DNA of 64,000 nucleotides from Promethearchaeia archaeon. Its GTDB lineage: Archaea; Asgardarchaeota; Lokiarchaeia; Sigyniarchaeales; SOKP01. Made by a program: the position numbers and the translations under genes. Under the pieces are notes generated by a model. It had not been told where the DNA came from, made no database searches, and was given only the letters and a program-made list of their open reading frames with translations. Shown in pieces: positions 10,330 through 20,182 of the stretch. Numbering within the stretch: the stretch's first letter is position 1; every line of letters starts with the position of its first letter. Location of the stretch: NCBI GenBank assembly GCA_029856105.1, contig JAHQWH010000193.1:1-64000 (forward strand), in the 5' to 3' direction.

Positions 10330-12495
10330 TTGCAAAGTGAAGCTGAATATTTTAACGAACCTTTCTTAAAAAAGAACAGAGTATTTTACCGACAATACCA
10401 GAATAATATTATTAAAAAGTGTAAAGGAAGAAATTCGTTAGTAGTATTACCAACTGGCTTAGGAAAAACAATTATAGGGATTTTACTTATAGGTAAAGCT
10501 CTGGAAAAATATTCAAAATCAAAAGTCATTATTCTTGCCCCAACTAGACCTTTAGTTTCGCAACATAAAGCTTCGTGTGAGGACTTTTTAAATATTGATT
10601 CTAATTTAATTACTTCATTTACAGGCAAGATTTCGCCAGAAAAGAGAATTGTACTTTTCAACAACTCTAAAATTATAGTGTCGACCCCTCAAGTAATAAA
10701 AAACGATGTAGAAAGGGGGCGATACGATTTGAAACAAGTTTCTCTAATAATTTTCGACGAAGCACACAGAACGAGAGGTAATTACGCCTATTGTTTTATC
10801 TCAAATGAATATCTTAATACGTGTAAAGACCCGCTTGTTTTAGGGCTAACTGCCTCTCCAGGAAAAAGTTATTTTCACATTCAACAATTGTGCGATAATT
10901 TGTTTATTGAGAATGTTATATTTAAAACCTACGAAGATAAAGATGTAAAACAGTATATTTACGATATTGACACGTATTTAGAATTTGTCGATTTGCCTAT
11001 TAAAGTTTTAGAGTTAAGTGCGATTTGGTATAACTTATTTGAAAAATTTCTAAGATTCTTTATAGAAAAAAAATTAATTCCACCCAATAAAGGTTATTAC
11101 TCTAAGTTGGATTTCTTAGGAGTATCGCGAGATTTAACTCTCTCTCTAAGGTATATTAATGGTAATTTACCAGAGTTATCAGAGGAAGAATACCAAGAAG
11201 CTCTTTATTTTCAATCTCCACGAATCATAGATTTAGTAAAAGAGAATTCGCTCAATGTCGAATTGATTTATTCTTACAGTTCAAGCTGTATTTCTTTACT
11301 ACATGGGAAAGACTTGCTGGAATCTCAAAATATCTCGTTATTTGAAACTTTTTTAGAAAAAATAGAATATAAATCTGGCCATGATATTCTTTCAGCTAAG
11401 AGAATTATTAATTCCGATCACTATAAGTTCATTAAAAACATTTTTGAGCAGGACAACCGTGATAATTACTTGCATCCTAAAATTGAAAAGTTATTTTCAA
11501 TTATAACGGAAGAAATCGAAGATTTTCATAATAATAAAATCATAGTTTTTACTCAGTACCGAGAAATGGCAGAATTTTTGAAAGGAAAGCTAATGGAACG
11601 CTTTGGAACTCGATTGAATGTAGAAAAATTTATAGGTCAGTCAACCAAGATAAATGATATAGGCTTTTCACAATATCAGCAAGGAGAAATAATAAAGCAG
11701 TTTAAAGCTGGTGCGATAGACATTCTTGTGGCTACAAGTGTCGCAGAAGAAGGGCTTGATATTCCAAATGTCGACGCTATTATCTTTTACGAACCCGTAC
11801 CTTCTGAGATAAGGTTAATTCAAAGACGAGGTAGAACCGGACGACACGCCCCTGGAAGGTGTTATTTGCTAATTGCTAAAGGGACTATAGACGTTCCCTT
11901 TTACAAAGCCGCCGAGCGAAAAGAAATGGCTATGAATTCGGTGCTATCCGACTCAAAACAATTAGATTTATGTGATGTAGTTAACCGTGGACAGATTTGC
12001 TTTAAGGCAGTTTCTAATAAAATCTCAGAATTAGATTTAATTAAAAATTATAAAGAACGGCGTAAAAGAGAAAAAGAACTTCTTGCAAACCGTTCCATTG
12101 AAGAAATCATTTCAGAACTTGATAGTTTCGTCCAAAGCAATGAGTTTAAAAAATTAAAAGATTCTGGTGTAACTTTTTATTCCGATGTAATAGGTTTGGA
12201 TAAATTGAAATTGAAATCTTCCATATTAAAAATAAAAGGAAATCAAGAAGGAAAAAAAAAAAATAAGAAAATGACAGAAAGAAAAATTTATTTAAATCAT
12301 AATGTAAAAACATTAATAAGAATTGCTAAAACTTATAGCGTAGACGGGAAAATGTCTCTTTCTGATTTTAAAGAATTTGCTGAAGAAGAAGATATAATTG
12401 AAAAAAAATTTTATGCTCATTTAAATCAAGCTTGCTATTTAGGGTATCTTAAAAGAACTTCTGATACGATAGAATTCATAATGGATTACGACTAA
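10330..12495 (+). CDS. hef: Hef/FANCM/Mph1-family DEAH helicase with no recognisable ERCC4 nuclease domain
   Basis: LPTGLGKT, APTRPLV, DEAH, TASPG, ATSVAEEGLDIP and IQRRGRTGR. Confidence 0.85.
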   Translation: MQSEAEYFNEPFLKKNRVFYRQYQNNIIKKCKGRNSLVVLPTGLGKTIIGILLIGKALEKYSKSKVIILAPTRPLVSQHKASCEDFLNIDSNLITSFTGKISPEKRIVLFNNSKIIVSTPQVIKNDVERGRYDLKQVSLIIFDEAHRTRGNYAYCFISNEYLNTCKDPLVLGLTASPGKSYFHIQQLCDNLFIENVIFKTYEDKDVKQYIYDIDTYLEFVDLPIKVLELSAIWYNLFEKFLRFFIEKKLIPPNKGYYSKLDFLGVSRDLTLSLRYINGNLPELSEEEYQEALYFQSPRIIDLVKENSLNVELIYSYSSSCISLLHGKDLLESQNISLFETFLEKIEYKSGHDILSAKRIINSDHYKFIKNIFEQDNRDNYLHPKIEKLFSIITEEIEDFHNNKIIVFTQYREMAEFLKGKLMERFGTRLNVEKFIGQSTKINDIGFSQYQQGEIIKQFKAGAIDILVATSVAEEGLDIPNVDAIIFYEPVPSEIRLIQRRGRTGRHAPGRCYLLIAKGTIDVPFYKAAERKEMAMNSVLSDSKQLDLCDVVNRGQICFKAVSNKISELDLIKNYKERRKREKELLANRSIEEIISELDSFVQSNEFKKLKDSGVTFYSDVIGLDKLKLKSSILKIKGNQEGKKKNKKMTERKIYLNHNVKTLIRIAKTYSVDGKMSLSDFKEFAEEEDIIEKKFYAHLNQACYLGYLKRTSDTIEFIMDYD

Positions 12496-12543
12496 ATTCC
12501 TTCTTTAATTTTTTTTTTTAATTTTCCTTTCTTAAGAATTAAT

Positions 12544-13035
12544 TTAACCATGATCTATTTCTTTTTTTCTTAGCTTGCGTTGTGAGATTAGGGTCTTATT
12601 CTTTTTTTTTCTAATAATTATTATCAAATAACCAGCAGGAATTGAAATAACAAATCCCCATAGTGGAGATTTGAATATTAATAAAATACTGCCAATTGGA
12701 TAAAGAACACGACATACTAATTTAACTGTTCGATTTTTAAGTGATTTCTTTCCTGTAATTTGAATTGCATATTGGAAAATTGAGGGTATCCAGCAAACTA
12801 AAAAAATAATGAGAAATATAGGTAAACTAATGGAATTTACAATATAAAAATAAAATGCGTTACTTATTATTAATGCAAAAGCAGCGCCCAAAGCAAAAGC
12901 AAAACATCCTATACAAACAGCATAGTTAAAGATGTAAAATACATGATCATCGAAATCGTCGCGTTTTGGATTATGATGTGCTAACCAATGGATTACTTTT
13001 TTATCCTTTTGAAAATCATCTTTTTGGTAATGCAT
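12544..13035 (-). CDS. Small membrane protein, DUF2085-like
   Basis: HH...DH...CIGC motif followed by about 4 hydrophobic helices. Confidence 0.55.
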   Translation of the reverse strand: MHYQKDDFQKDKKVIHWLAHHNPKRDDFDDHVFYIFNYAVCIGCFAFALGAAFALIISNAFYFYIVNSISLPIFLIIFLVCWIPSIFQYAIQITGKKSLKNRTVKLVCRVLYPIGSILLIFKSPLWGFVISIPAGYLIIIIRKKKNKTLISQRKLRKKEIDHG

Positions 13036-13131
13036 CTTTCTATTCTGGTTATAGTATGTAAAATTTTATGATCATTAAATTATGCATTAGTCCTTATTAA
13101 TCGAAATAAAGGGATTGCAAGAACGGGTGCT

Positions 13132-13572
13132 CTAGCAATCACAACCTCCGCAATCGCAATCGCCACAATCACAACCACTACAATCGGAACCACCGCCACC
13201 GCAACCACCATAACTGCTTCGGCGTCTTCCAGTACCACATACACTACATCCTATACAAAGAATTACAATAACCCCTATTACAAGTATCGTTATTCCTGTA
13301 CTGGGCATGGCGTATATCATTTCTGTTCCAAAAATAATCAATAGGAATCCAACTATAAAAACAGTACAAACAGCTGCAATAATTCTACCTGTAGTCCTTG
13401 ATGATCTTGTTGTGGTATTTGAAGTTCCTTGATAGGGTTTTGGTGTTGGTGTTGATTGAGTTGGTTGAGTTGGTTGAGTTTGACGGCTAGTTAAACCATC
13501 AGTAGGTTCTCCACAAAAACCACAAAATTTTGCATCATCAAGTATTTCTGAACCACATTTAGTACAATACAT
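13132..13572 (-). CDS. Zinc-ribbon membrane protein with Cys/Gly/Asp-rich C-terminal tail
   Basis: CTKCG...FCGFCG ribbon, QPT-repeat linker, 2 TM helices and tail GGCGGGGSDCSGCDCGDCDCGGCDC. Confidence 0.75.
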   Translation of the reverse strand: MYCTKCGSEILDDAKFCGFCGEPTDGLTSRQTQPTQPTQSTPTPKPYQGTSNTTTRSSRTTGRIIAAVCTVFIVGFLLIIFGTEMIYAMPSTGITILVIGVIVILCIGCSVCGTGRRRSSYGGCGGGGSDCSGCDCGDCDCGGCDC

Positions 13573-13819
13573 TTTAATTCAAAATTTATTTTATTGAAAT
13601 CCTTTTAATATTTAATATAAAATAAATGAAGTTACTCTACAATTTAAATGTAGAAGCATTAGATAGAAAAGAATTTTTCTAAAATGAAAAAATTAAAATA
13701 TAAATTTTGATCATAAATTTTTTTTCTATTGTTTAATATTTTTTCTTCAACAAATTGTCATAATGCTTATTAATAAAAAATTCGAAGTCTAATTTATCAA
13801 TAAATAATTTAATAAATCA

Positions 13820-15364
13820 ATGGTAAAAATGGATATCAACTCGTTTCTAAGAAGAAAAGGAAAAAAATGGTTGCTGCTTGACTCGTTACTAATAATAAAC
13901 ATGGCTATTTTAACATTAATAATGCTAATTTTTCAAGTATATTGGGGGGATATTAATTTAATTGTTTCTGATTATGTCGGTTTTGATATAAACCTCGTTT
14001 TTATAATTATTGTGATCGTATTACTTCCGTTAATTTATGGGGGTGCGATTCTTCAAGTGCATTTTAAAAATATTAAAAAACATAACGAAATTAAACCTTG
14101 TATCCTGAACAAAATTTTACCAATAGTTCTAATGTTCATATATTCAAGTCTATTCGCTTTATTATTAGACTCTTTAGAACAATACTCCAGATTAATTCCT
14201 CAAGTTATAGAATTTTATAGCATATTTTTAACAATACCACTTTCGCTCTTACTTATTTTGGGCTTATATCCTTTGATAAAATCAATCCCACAATGGAAAA
14301 CTCATTTATCAAATAGGATATTAAATGTAGAAATAAAATCAAAAATTATTTTAATATTATTAATTGCGGGATATTTTTTCGCATTCGCGTCCCCGCTATT
14401 GTTTATCCCCTCAAATGTGATTTCTGGCGATCTTCCTCCCAAACCCGAAATTATAGCTCATAGAGGTGCATCGCATTTAGCCCCCGAAAACACTATCGTA
14501 GCAGGAGAATTAGCAGTAGAACACGGGGCTGTAGGTTGGGAAGTTGACATAAGAATTTCTGTTGACGGAGAATTAATTTTGATGCATGATGATACTCTCA
14601 CACGAACCACTAATGTAGAGGATGTTTTTCCAAATCGTAAGAACGATCGCACTGAAACATTCACGCTTTCTGAACTCAGACAATTAGACGCTGGTAGTTG
14701 GTTTGTAGAAAAAGATCCATACGGGGCTTTAGCTTTTGGTCGTATTTCAAAAGAAGATGGAGACAATTACAGGGGCATACAAATTCCCACATTTGAAGAA
14801 ATTTTAAATTTCACAAGAGATAATGACTTTATAATAGATTTTGATACTAAATTACCGTCATCCAGCCATCTCTATAGTGATGTTTATTTTGAAACAATTT
14901 TAAACGAAACAATCGAATCGGGAATTAATTTAACAAAGGTTATGATTTTCACGAGCGACGCTGAATGGATTGATTTGATCAACCAAAAAAATGCCACTGA
15001 TATATTATTAGGCATGGATATGAGCTCTAATCCTTCCTTAGAAGAATTTGAAATGTCTGAATACAATTATACCATTATCAAAACGGGAGATGAATACTCT
15101 AATGAGTTATATAGATCATTTTATTTAAACAGTATCCCTGTTATGGTCTATACAATCGATAGTGTCGAAAGATTCAGTCAACTATGGTGCTTAGGGACGG
15201 CTTTTGTTATGACTAACGAAGTACACACTTTTAACGATCTGAAAAACCCAATCTGGTATCTTAATATAGAAATTTACATCGTTATTTGGAGTATTATATA
15301 CGTCGCAGCTTTAAGTTTTCTGTTTATTACGAAATTTTACCTACTTAAAAAAAGAAAAGAATAA
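13820..15364 (+). CDS. Multi-pass membrane glycerophosphodiester phosphodiesterase
   Basis: AHRGAS..APENT, EVD, LMHDDTLTRTT and IPTFEE GDPD motifs; about 5 N-terminal TM segments and 1 C-terminal TM. Confidence 0.9.
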   Translation: MVKMDINSFLRRKGKKWLLLDSLLIINMAILTLIMLIFQVYWGDINLIVSDYVGFDINLVFIIIVIVLLPLIYGGAILQVHFKNIKKHNEIKPCILNKILPIVLMFIYSSLFALLLDSLEQYSRLIPQVIEFYSIFLTIPLSLLLILGLYPLIKSIPQWKTHLSNRILNVEIKSKIILILLIAGYFFAFASPLLFIPSNVISGDLPPKPEIIAHRGASHLAPENTIVAGELAVEHGAVGWEVDIRISVDGELILMHDDTLTRTTNVEDVFPNRKNDRTETFTLSELRQLDAGSWFVEKDPYGALAFGRISKEDGDNYRGIQIPTFEEILNFTRDNDFIIDFDTKLPSSSHLYSDVYFETILNETIESGINLTKVMIFTSDAEWIDLINQKNATDILLGMDMSSNPSLEEFEMSEYNYTIIKTGDEYSNELYRSFYLNSIPVMVYTIDSVERFSQLWCLGTAFVMTNEVHTFNDLKNPIWYLNIEIYIVIWSIIYVAALSFLFITKFYLLKKRKE

Positions 15365-15382
15365 AACAACATTTTATCAAAA

Positions 15383-18300
15383 TCAAATTTTATCTTCCTT
15401 CCTTTTTTTGACAAAGAAGAAAAAGAATACTATTAACGTCAAAAGAACAGGAATTAAAATTATAATTGGATTTTCTCCAGTAAGTCTGAAGATATAATAA
15501 GATATCGTCAAGATTGAGGCAAAGAAAGCAATGATTGACCCGTATTGGTTTGTAAAATTCTTTAAGCGCCTAATAAACATGTATACTCGGAAATTCATTT
15601 TCTTTATAACTTCTAACTCTTTCTCATCCAACTTTGCTAAAACATCTGGATTTTCGTAGTATAACCCTATTTGGGGATCAAATTTTCCATTCAATTTTCC
15701 AGCGCTAATCAAAGAGATAAGATGTTTCTGGATTTGCTGTTTTTTTATTTTTAATTCATTCTGTAAAAAGCTTAACGTAAGAAATTCGTTAGCTACAGCT
15801 TTTATTGCCATTTCAACGTACGACTTTATAACCAACTCTTCTAAGGATTTAACTTTCTCCCTTAAAATGTCGCTAAACTCTTTTATGAAGTGGTCAAAAT
15901 CGGCAATTATGTGCTTATTTTTAGTTTCAAAATTATTTGATTGCTTGTTAAATTCTTTAATTAACTCTTTGTTCCTTTTATTAACATCTTTTATTTCTTG
16001 TTCAATGTTTTTCTGTCTTTTATTTACTTTTAGATATGCCCTTTTAAATTGTTCTGTTTCAATATAATCTTCGACTCTCGCTTGAAGGGTACCTAATAAT
16101 TGACTCAAATGAATTTTATTCCTATTTATATCGATCAATAATTTGCCGCGGCAAGTTTCAAATCTAAAAGTATTTATCTGCTCGTTAGTGAGATATACCT
16201 TTTCTTCGTATCTTTTCAGCGTTTCATTTTTTTTCTTAATGTAGAATTCTCTTGCTTCGATCTCAAATTTTCTCGATTCGTAGGTATTATTAATGACTAA
16301 ATTTAACTTTTCTTCGATCTTTTCGTCAACTTGTTTAAATTTACTTTCGACTTTTTTCTTTCTATTTTCAAGAATTTCTCTCATTTTCTCGTAAGATTCG
16401 ATCTTTTTAATGTCTTCCGAGAATTTATCAAATTGATTATTTAGTTCTATTTGAAGGGCGCTATATTTGCTACTTATAAAATTTAGTAACTCATTAAAAA
16501 GTATTAGATTCTGTTTTATATTATCTATTGCTAACCGATTATTATTGATAATTGAGTTAACTCCTTTTTTGAGCTCCATGTTTTCGATTCTTGCTTCGTC
16601 AACATTTAACTCTTTAATCTTCACATCGTATCGCTTATTAACAGATTCCTCTAATTTGCTCAAATCATCAATTCTATTCTGAATTTCTAACAAATTAACT
16701 CCTAAAGTTTTATTTTTTATACAAGAATCGTAAAGTGCTAAAAATTTTCCAATGGATTCCTGCGTTTGTTTCAAAATCCTGTTATCTACGTAATTTTTTA
16801 GTTCTCGACTCTTATAATATTCCTCTGTATGAACTATTAGTTCCTTTTTATCTTCAAATAAATCTCCTTGTAATTTAGAAATTTCTATCAAATTCTTTAT
16901 CCTCGGAATTACGGCTTTACATTTGAGGTCTATTTTGCCAGCTAGCTTTTTGATATCTATTTTATCTGTGTTTTCCTCTTTACTCATAAGAATTATTTCG
17001 TTAGAAATTATATTGTCTACATATTCTTCTTTTAATTTGGTTATTTCTTCGCTTATAAAATCTTTAAATTTGTTCCATTGTATTGTCGTAATCGAATTTT
17101 CTTCAAACTTATCAACAATCTCTTTTAGAACATTCAACTTTTTAGAAAATTTATTATTATGCTCGTTAAATTCAATAAGTATCTTGTCAAATCCGTTAAC
17201 TATATCAACAATTTTTTTAACTCTATTTTGAGCGAGATATATTTTATAATTCTCTAATTTATCCTTGAAGCGTGTAATTGTACTAGATATAAAATTATCA
17301 AAGTCTTCAATCTTCGCCCTATTTCTCTCTTCAATAACTTTTTCCTTTATATTTTGCACTTGTTCAGCTACTAAATCAATAATGTTTTCTTCAAGACGAT
17401 CTAACTTCTCCTGCAAGTATTTATAGAGAAGATAAAGCTTTTGTTTGAATTTTATTTCCTTTTTCACAATCGATTTTAAATCTTTAATTTCTTCAGTTTT
17501 TTGTTTTAATAAAATATCGGTTTCCTTTTTGATGGCTTTAACCGCGTCATGAAATTGATTATTAATAACTTTATTTTTCACATTTTCTTTTATTTCTAAT
17601 ATTCCCGTTTGGATATTATCCTTGACATTCCCGATTTTCTCATTTAATTCGTTAAAAAATTGAAATCCATTTGTGTAATCTGCAAAAATCGAATCAAATT
17701 TCTCCTTAAAATTAACCCAATTATTAATTATTTTTCTATGTTTTTTGACTACTTTTTTTTCCTTTGCTGTAATTTGGTGTGAAATTTTGTAAACGATTTC
17801 ATCGTATTTATTTATGTACTGCGATATCTTGTTAAACGCTTGAACGATAAGATCAAATTTTTCCTTACTATACCCGTCTTCGAGAATTTCTACAACGAAA
17901 TTCTTAAAAGTATCTAATTCGCGATTTATATAATCTTGAATATCATATACTTTAGTATCTAATTCATCTAAGATTACAATATACTTTTTTAATTGTTCTT
18001 TTTCTTGGATCCTTCCTTGAAGATAATTATTTAATTCATTCAATCTATTCTGCAAAAGCGAGTAGGTTTTGTTCCATTGCGATATTTCAGACCCTAAGGT
18101 AGCTTGTAAATTAATATAAATTAATTCTTGACTAAACCCGGTTTCAATGTTTTCGTTTAAGAAGTCAGCTTCCATTAAAGCGTCTCTCATAATAAACTTT
18201 AACCGTTCTTTAGCAATCTCAACTTCGTCTAATAAAAGATAAGATTCAATTTCTTCCCTAATCTGTGGAATAGTATTCTCTAACTTTAATGTCATATTAT

Positions 18301-19795
18301 AAATATCGTTTTTGAATTCTTTTAATTTCTCCTTTTCCTCGATTAGCCTCTCCGTATTAATCTCGTTATCAGAAACAACTACTTTCTCAAAAAGAAAGTC
18401 GAGGCATAAATAAAATTTAGTTCTAAATAAAAAAGCTTTTTTAGTTCTAATTTCTCCTTCAAAAAAATAATTGCTAATTAAGTCGTAAATTAAAGGAAAA
18501 ATATCTTCTTTCAATTTTAAAGGTTCATAATGGTAAGAAGCTTTATACCTCTTAAAAATATCAGAAAGAGAGATAACGCTATTTTTGTTCAGTTGGTTAT
18601 AGATTTCCTCAATAATAATTTTTTTACCTTGACTAAGGTTTTGAAGATAACGATTGAATTCTACCGCATTATCTAAGATCCTCAAATTTATGGTGTAATT
18701 AAGATTAATGTACAAGATGATCTCTTCTATACCATAACTCAAACCAAATGTTGTTTTAATTTGGTTTAAATCGATAAAGTTACGCTCTTCTAAGCGTTTA
18801 AACACAACTCTTTCAATATCTTCTATAAAGCGATGCCATATTAAAGATAATAAAATTACTAATTGTGTTACTTCTTTTAAGGTCCTTAAACTCCATCTTT
18901 CCCGTTCTTTTAATGTGTTATCTAAACTTCTTGTGATAAAAGAATAAATCCTCGCGGGATTATAATCAATTAACCAGGAATATATATCTAGAACATTAAC
19001 AAGCCAAAAAGTAGTAGAAACCTCCGCATCTTCAGAATCAAAACCAAATCCACCGTGACCTTTTTGAAATGAATAGAGAAATTGAATTTCTTTATCTTTT
19101 ACATCTGAATCTAAATCAAAGAATTTAAGACATAATAACTTAAAAATTATGGAAAAATCTTTTTTCCGATCGTTAATATATTGACGAAATTGCTCCTTGA
19201 ATAACCGTGCATCTACACCAAGAAGGAGTAAACTCTCAATTACAAAATATAGGGTTTTAACGTTAGGCGTTTTATTATCTTCTGCACATTCTTTATCTAG
19301 ACAGTGCAAAAATCCGCTGTTTCTTTTATGGTCGTAAATGAAGTTTTTAATTTTCCTGATATTTTCATTCTGACCCTTAGAAGAAAGATATTCCTTCAAA
19401 ACTCCTAACAATTTTAAACTTGCTAATGCAAAATACGATGACCAAACATCAGGTTTTTTGGTAGAATTTGGAGATGCTCTAAAACCTAATTGATCTTTTT
19501 CAACAATTTCAACTTCGCAACTTTTTATAAATTCTAAATATTTTTCTCCATTATCATTCTCTTTTTGTTTGAGATATTTCCTTAACAAGAGAAACCAATA
19601 TATATTCTCTAAAAGTAAGTTGGATTCATTTAACAAACTTTTGTTGTAAGTATGATATAATTCTAAGACTTTTTCGTAATCACTGAGGTAAAAACTCCCA
19701 ATTTCCCTTCTTTTAACAAAAACAAAGGATCTAAATGGTTCTTTTTTAAATTTCGTAATATAAGGATAGGCGGTCTTGTTTTCCACATTAGTCAA
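15383..19795 (-). CDS. 1470-aa protein: prenyltransferase-repeat-like N-terminus, long coiled coil, PCI-like winged helices, C-terminal TM hairpin
   Basis: GF..PDVWSSYFALASL and GGFGF..EVSTTFWLV repeats; E/K/I/L heptad-rich middle; LTLSFLQNELKI...LISAGKLNGKFD; two terminal hydrophobic helices. Confidence 0.7.
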   Translation of the reverse strand: MTNVENKTAYPYITKFKKEPFRSFVFVKRREIGSFYLSDYEKVLELYHTYNKSLLNESNLLLENIYWFLLLRKYLKQKENDNGEKYLEFIKSCEVEIVEKDQLGFRASPNSTKKPDVWSSYFALASLKLLGVLKEYLSSKGQNENIRKIKNFIYDHKRNSGFLHCLDKECAEDNKTPNVKTLYFVIESLLLLGVDARLFKEQFRQYINDRKKDFSIIFKLLCLKFFDLDSDVKDKEIQFLYSFQKGHGGFGFDSEDAEVSTTFWLVNVLDIYSWLIDYNPARIYSFITRSLDNTLKERERWSLRTLKEVTQLVILLSLIWHRFIEDIERVVFKRLEERNFIDLNQIKTTFGLSYGIEEIILYINLNYTINLRILDNAVEFNRYLQNLSQGKKIIIEEIYNQLNKNSVISLSDIFKRYKASYHYEPLKLKEDIFPLIYDLISNYFFEGEIRTKKAFLFRTKFYLCLDFLFEKVVVSDNEINTERLIEEKEKLKEFKNDIYNMTLKLENTIPQIREEIESYLLLDEVEIAKERLKFIMRDALMEADFLNENIETGFSQELIYINLQATLGSEISQWNKTYSLLQNRLNELNNYLQGRIQEKEQLKKYIVILDELDTKVYDIQDYINRELDTFKNFVVEILEDGYSKEKFDLIVQAFNKISQYINKYDEIVYKISHQITAKEKKVVKKHRKIINNWVNFKEKFDSIFADYTNGFQFFNELNEKIGNVKDNIQTGILEIKENVKNKVINNQFHDAVKAIKKETDILLKQKTEEIKDLKSIVKKEIKFKQKLYLLYKYLQEKLDRLEENIIDLVAEQVQNIKEKVIEERNRAKIEDFDNFISSTITRFKDKLENYKIYLAQNRVKKIVDIVNGFDKILIEFNEHNNKFSKKLNVLKEIVDKFEENSITTIQWNKFKDFISEEITKLKEEYVDNIISNEIILMSKEENTDKIDIKKLAGKIDLKCKAVIPRIKNLIEISKLQGDLFEDKKELIVHTEEYYKSRELKNYVDNRILKQTQESIGKFLALYDSCIKNKTLGVNLLEIQNRIDDLSKLEESVNKRYDVKIKELNVDEARIENMELKKGVNSIINNNRLAIDNIKQNLILFNELLNFISSKYSALQIELNNQFDKFSEDIKKIESYEKMREILENRKKKVESKFKQVDEKIEEKLNLVINNTYESRKFEIEAREFYIKKKNETLKRYEEKVYLTNEQINTFRFETCRGKLLIDINRNKIHLSQLLGTLQARVEDYIETEQFKRAYLKVNKRQKNIEQEIKDVNKRNKELIKEFNKQSNNFETKNKHIIADFDHFIKEFSDILREKVKSLEELVIKSYVEMAIKAVANEFLTLSFLQNELKIKKQQIQKHLISLISAGKLNGKFDPQIGLYYENPDVLAKLDEKELEVIKKMNFRVYMFIRRLKNFTNQYGSIIAFFASILTISYYIFRLTGENPIIILIPVLLTLIVFFFFFVKKRKEDKI

Positions 19796-20158
19796 CTAAA
19801 AAACCCCAGCAAACGTTATAATAATAATAAAAATTTGAGAATATATTTTTTTGTAATTGTTTTTTATTTCAGCTTTTCGAACTTTTATTAGATTGTTAAA
19901 TAAAGTAAAAAAGAATAGAAATAAAAAAATAAAAGAAATTTATAAGGGCGGGTCACTGTTAAAACTCAGCGTGGTATTTATTCCCATGTCATCGTACATT
20001 AATGGCATTTGAGTTGCGATTAGTGGCATAAATTTATTCCACGGTATGAAATTAATAACAAAGAAAAACGCGTTACTTATCGTCTGATTTTGATCTAATT
20101 ATCTGTTGATAATAATAAGTCTTATAAATAAAAAAATAAAACAAAAAAAGAAAATTTA

Positions 20159-20175
20159 ATGAGCGAATTGCTCAT
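20159..20175 (-). terminator. Candidate hairpin plus T-tract terminator of the FAD/Fe-S operon
   Basis: ATGAGC-gaatt-GCTCAT inverted repeat just after the stop at 20183, followed by T-rich sequence on the minus strand. Confidence 0.4.
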
Positions 20176-20182
20176 ATTTTTT

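Noticed and set aside
13449-13482. 9-bp tandem repeat TGAGTTGGT
   Set aside because: It encodes the QPTQPTQ low-complexity linker and is not a CRISPR or mobile repeat.
19940-20060. Possible tRNA or SECIS element
   Set aside because: No acceptor stem or T-loop, and no adjacent gene shows an in-frame TGA needing recoding. Retained only as a generic structured-RNA candidate.
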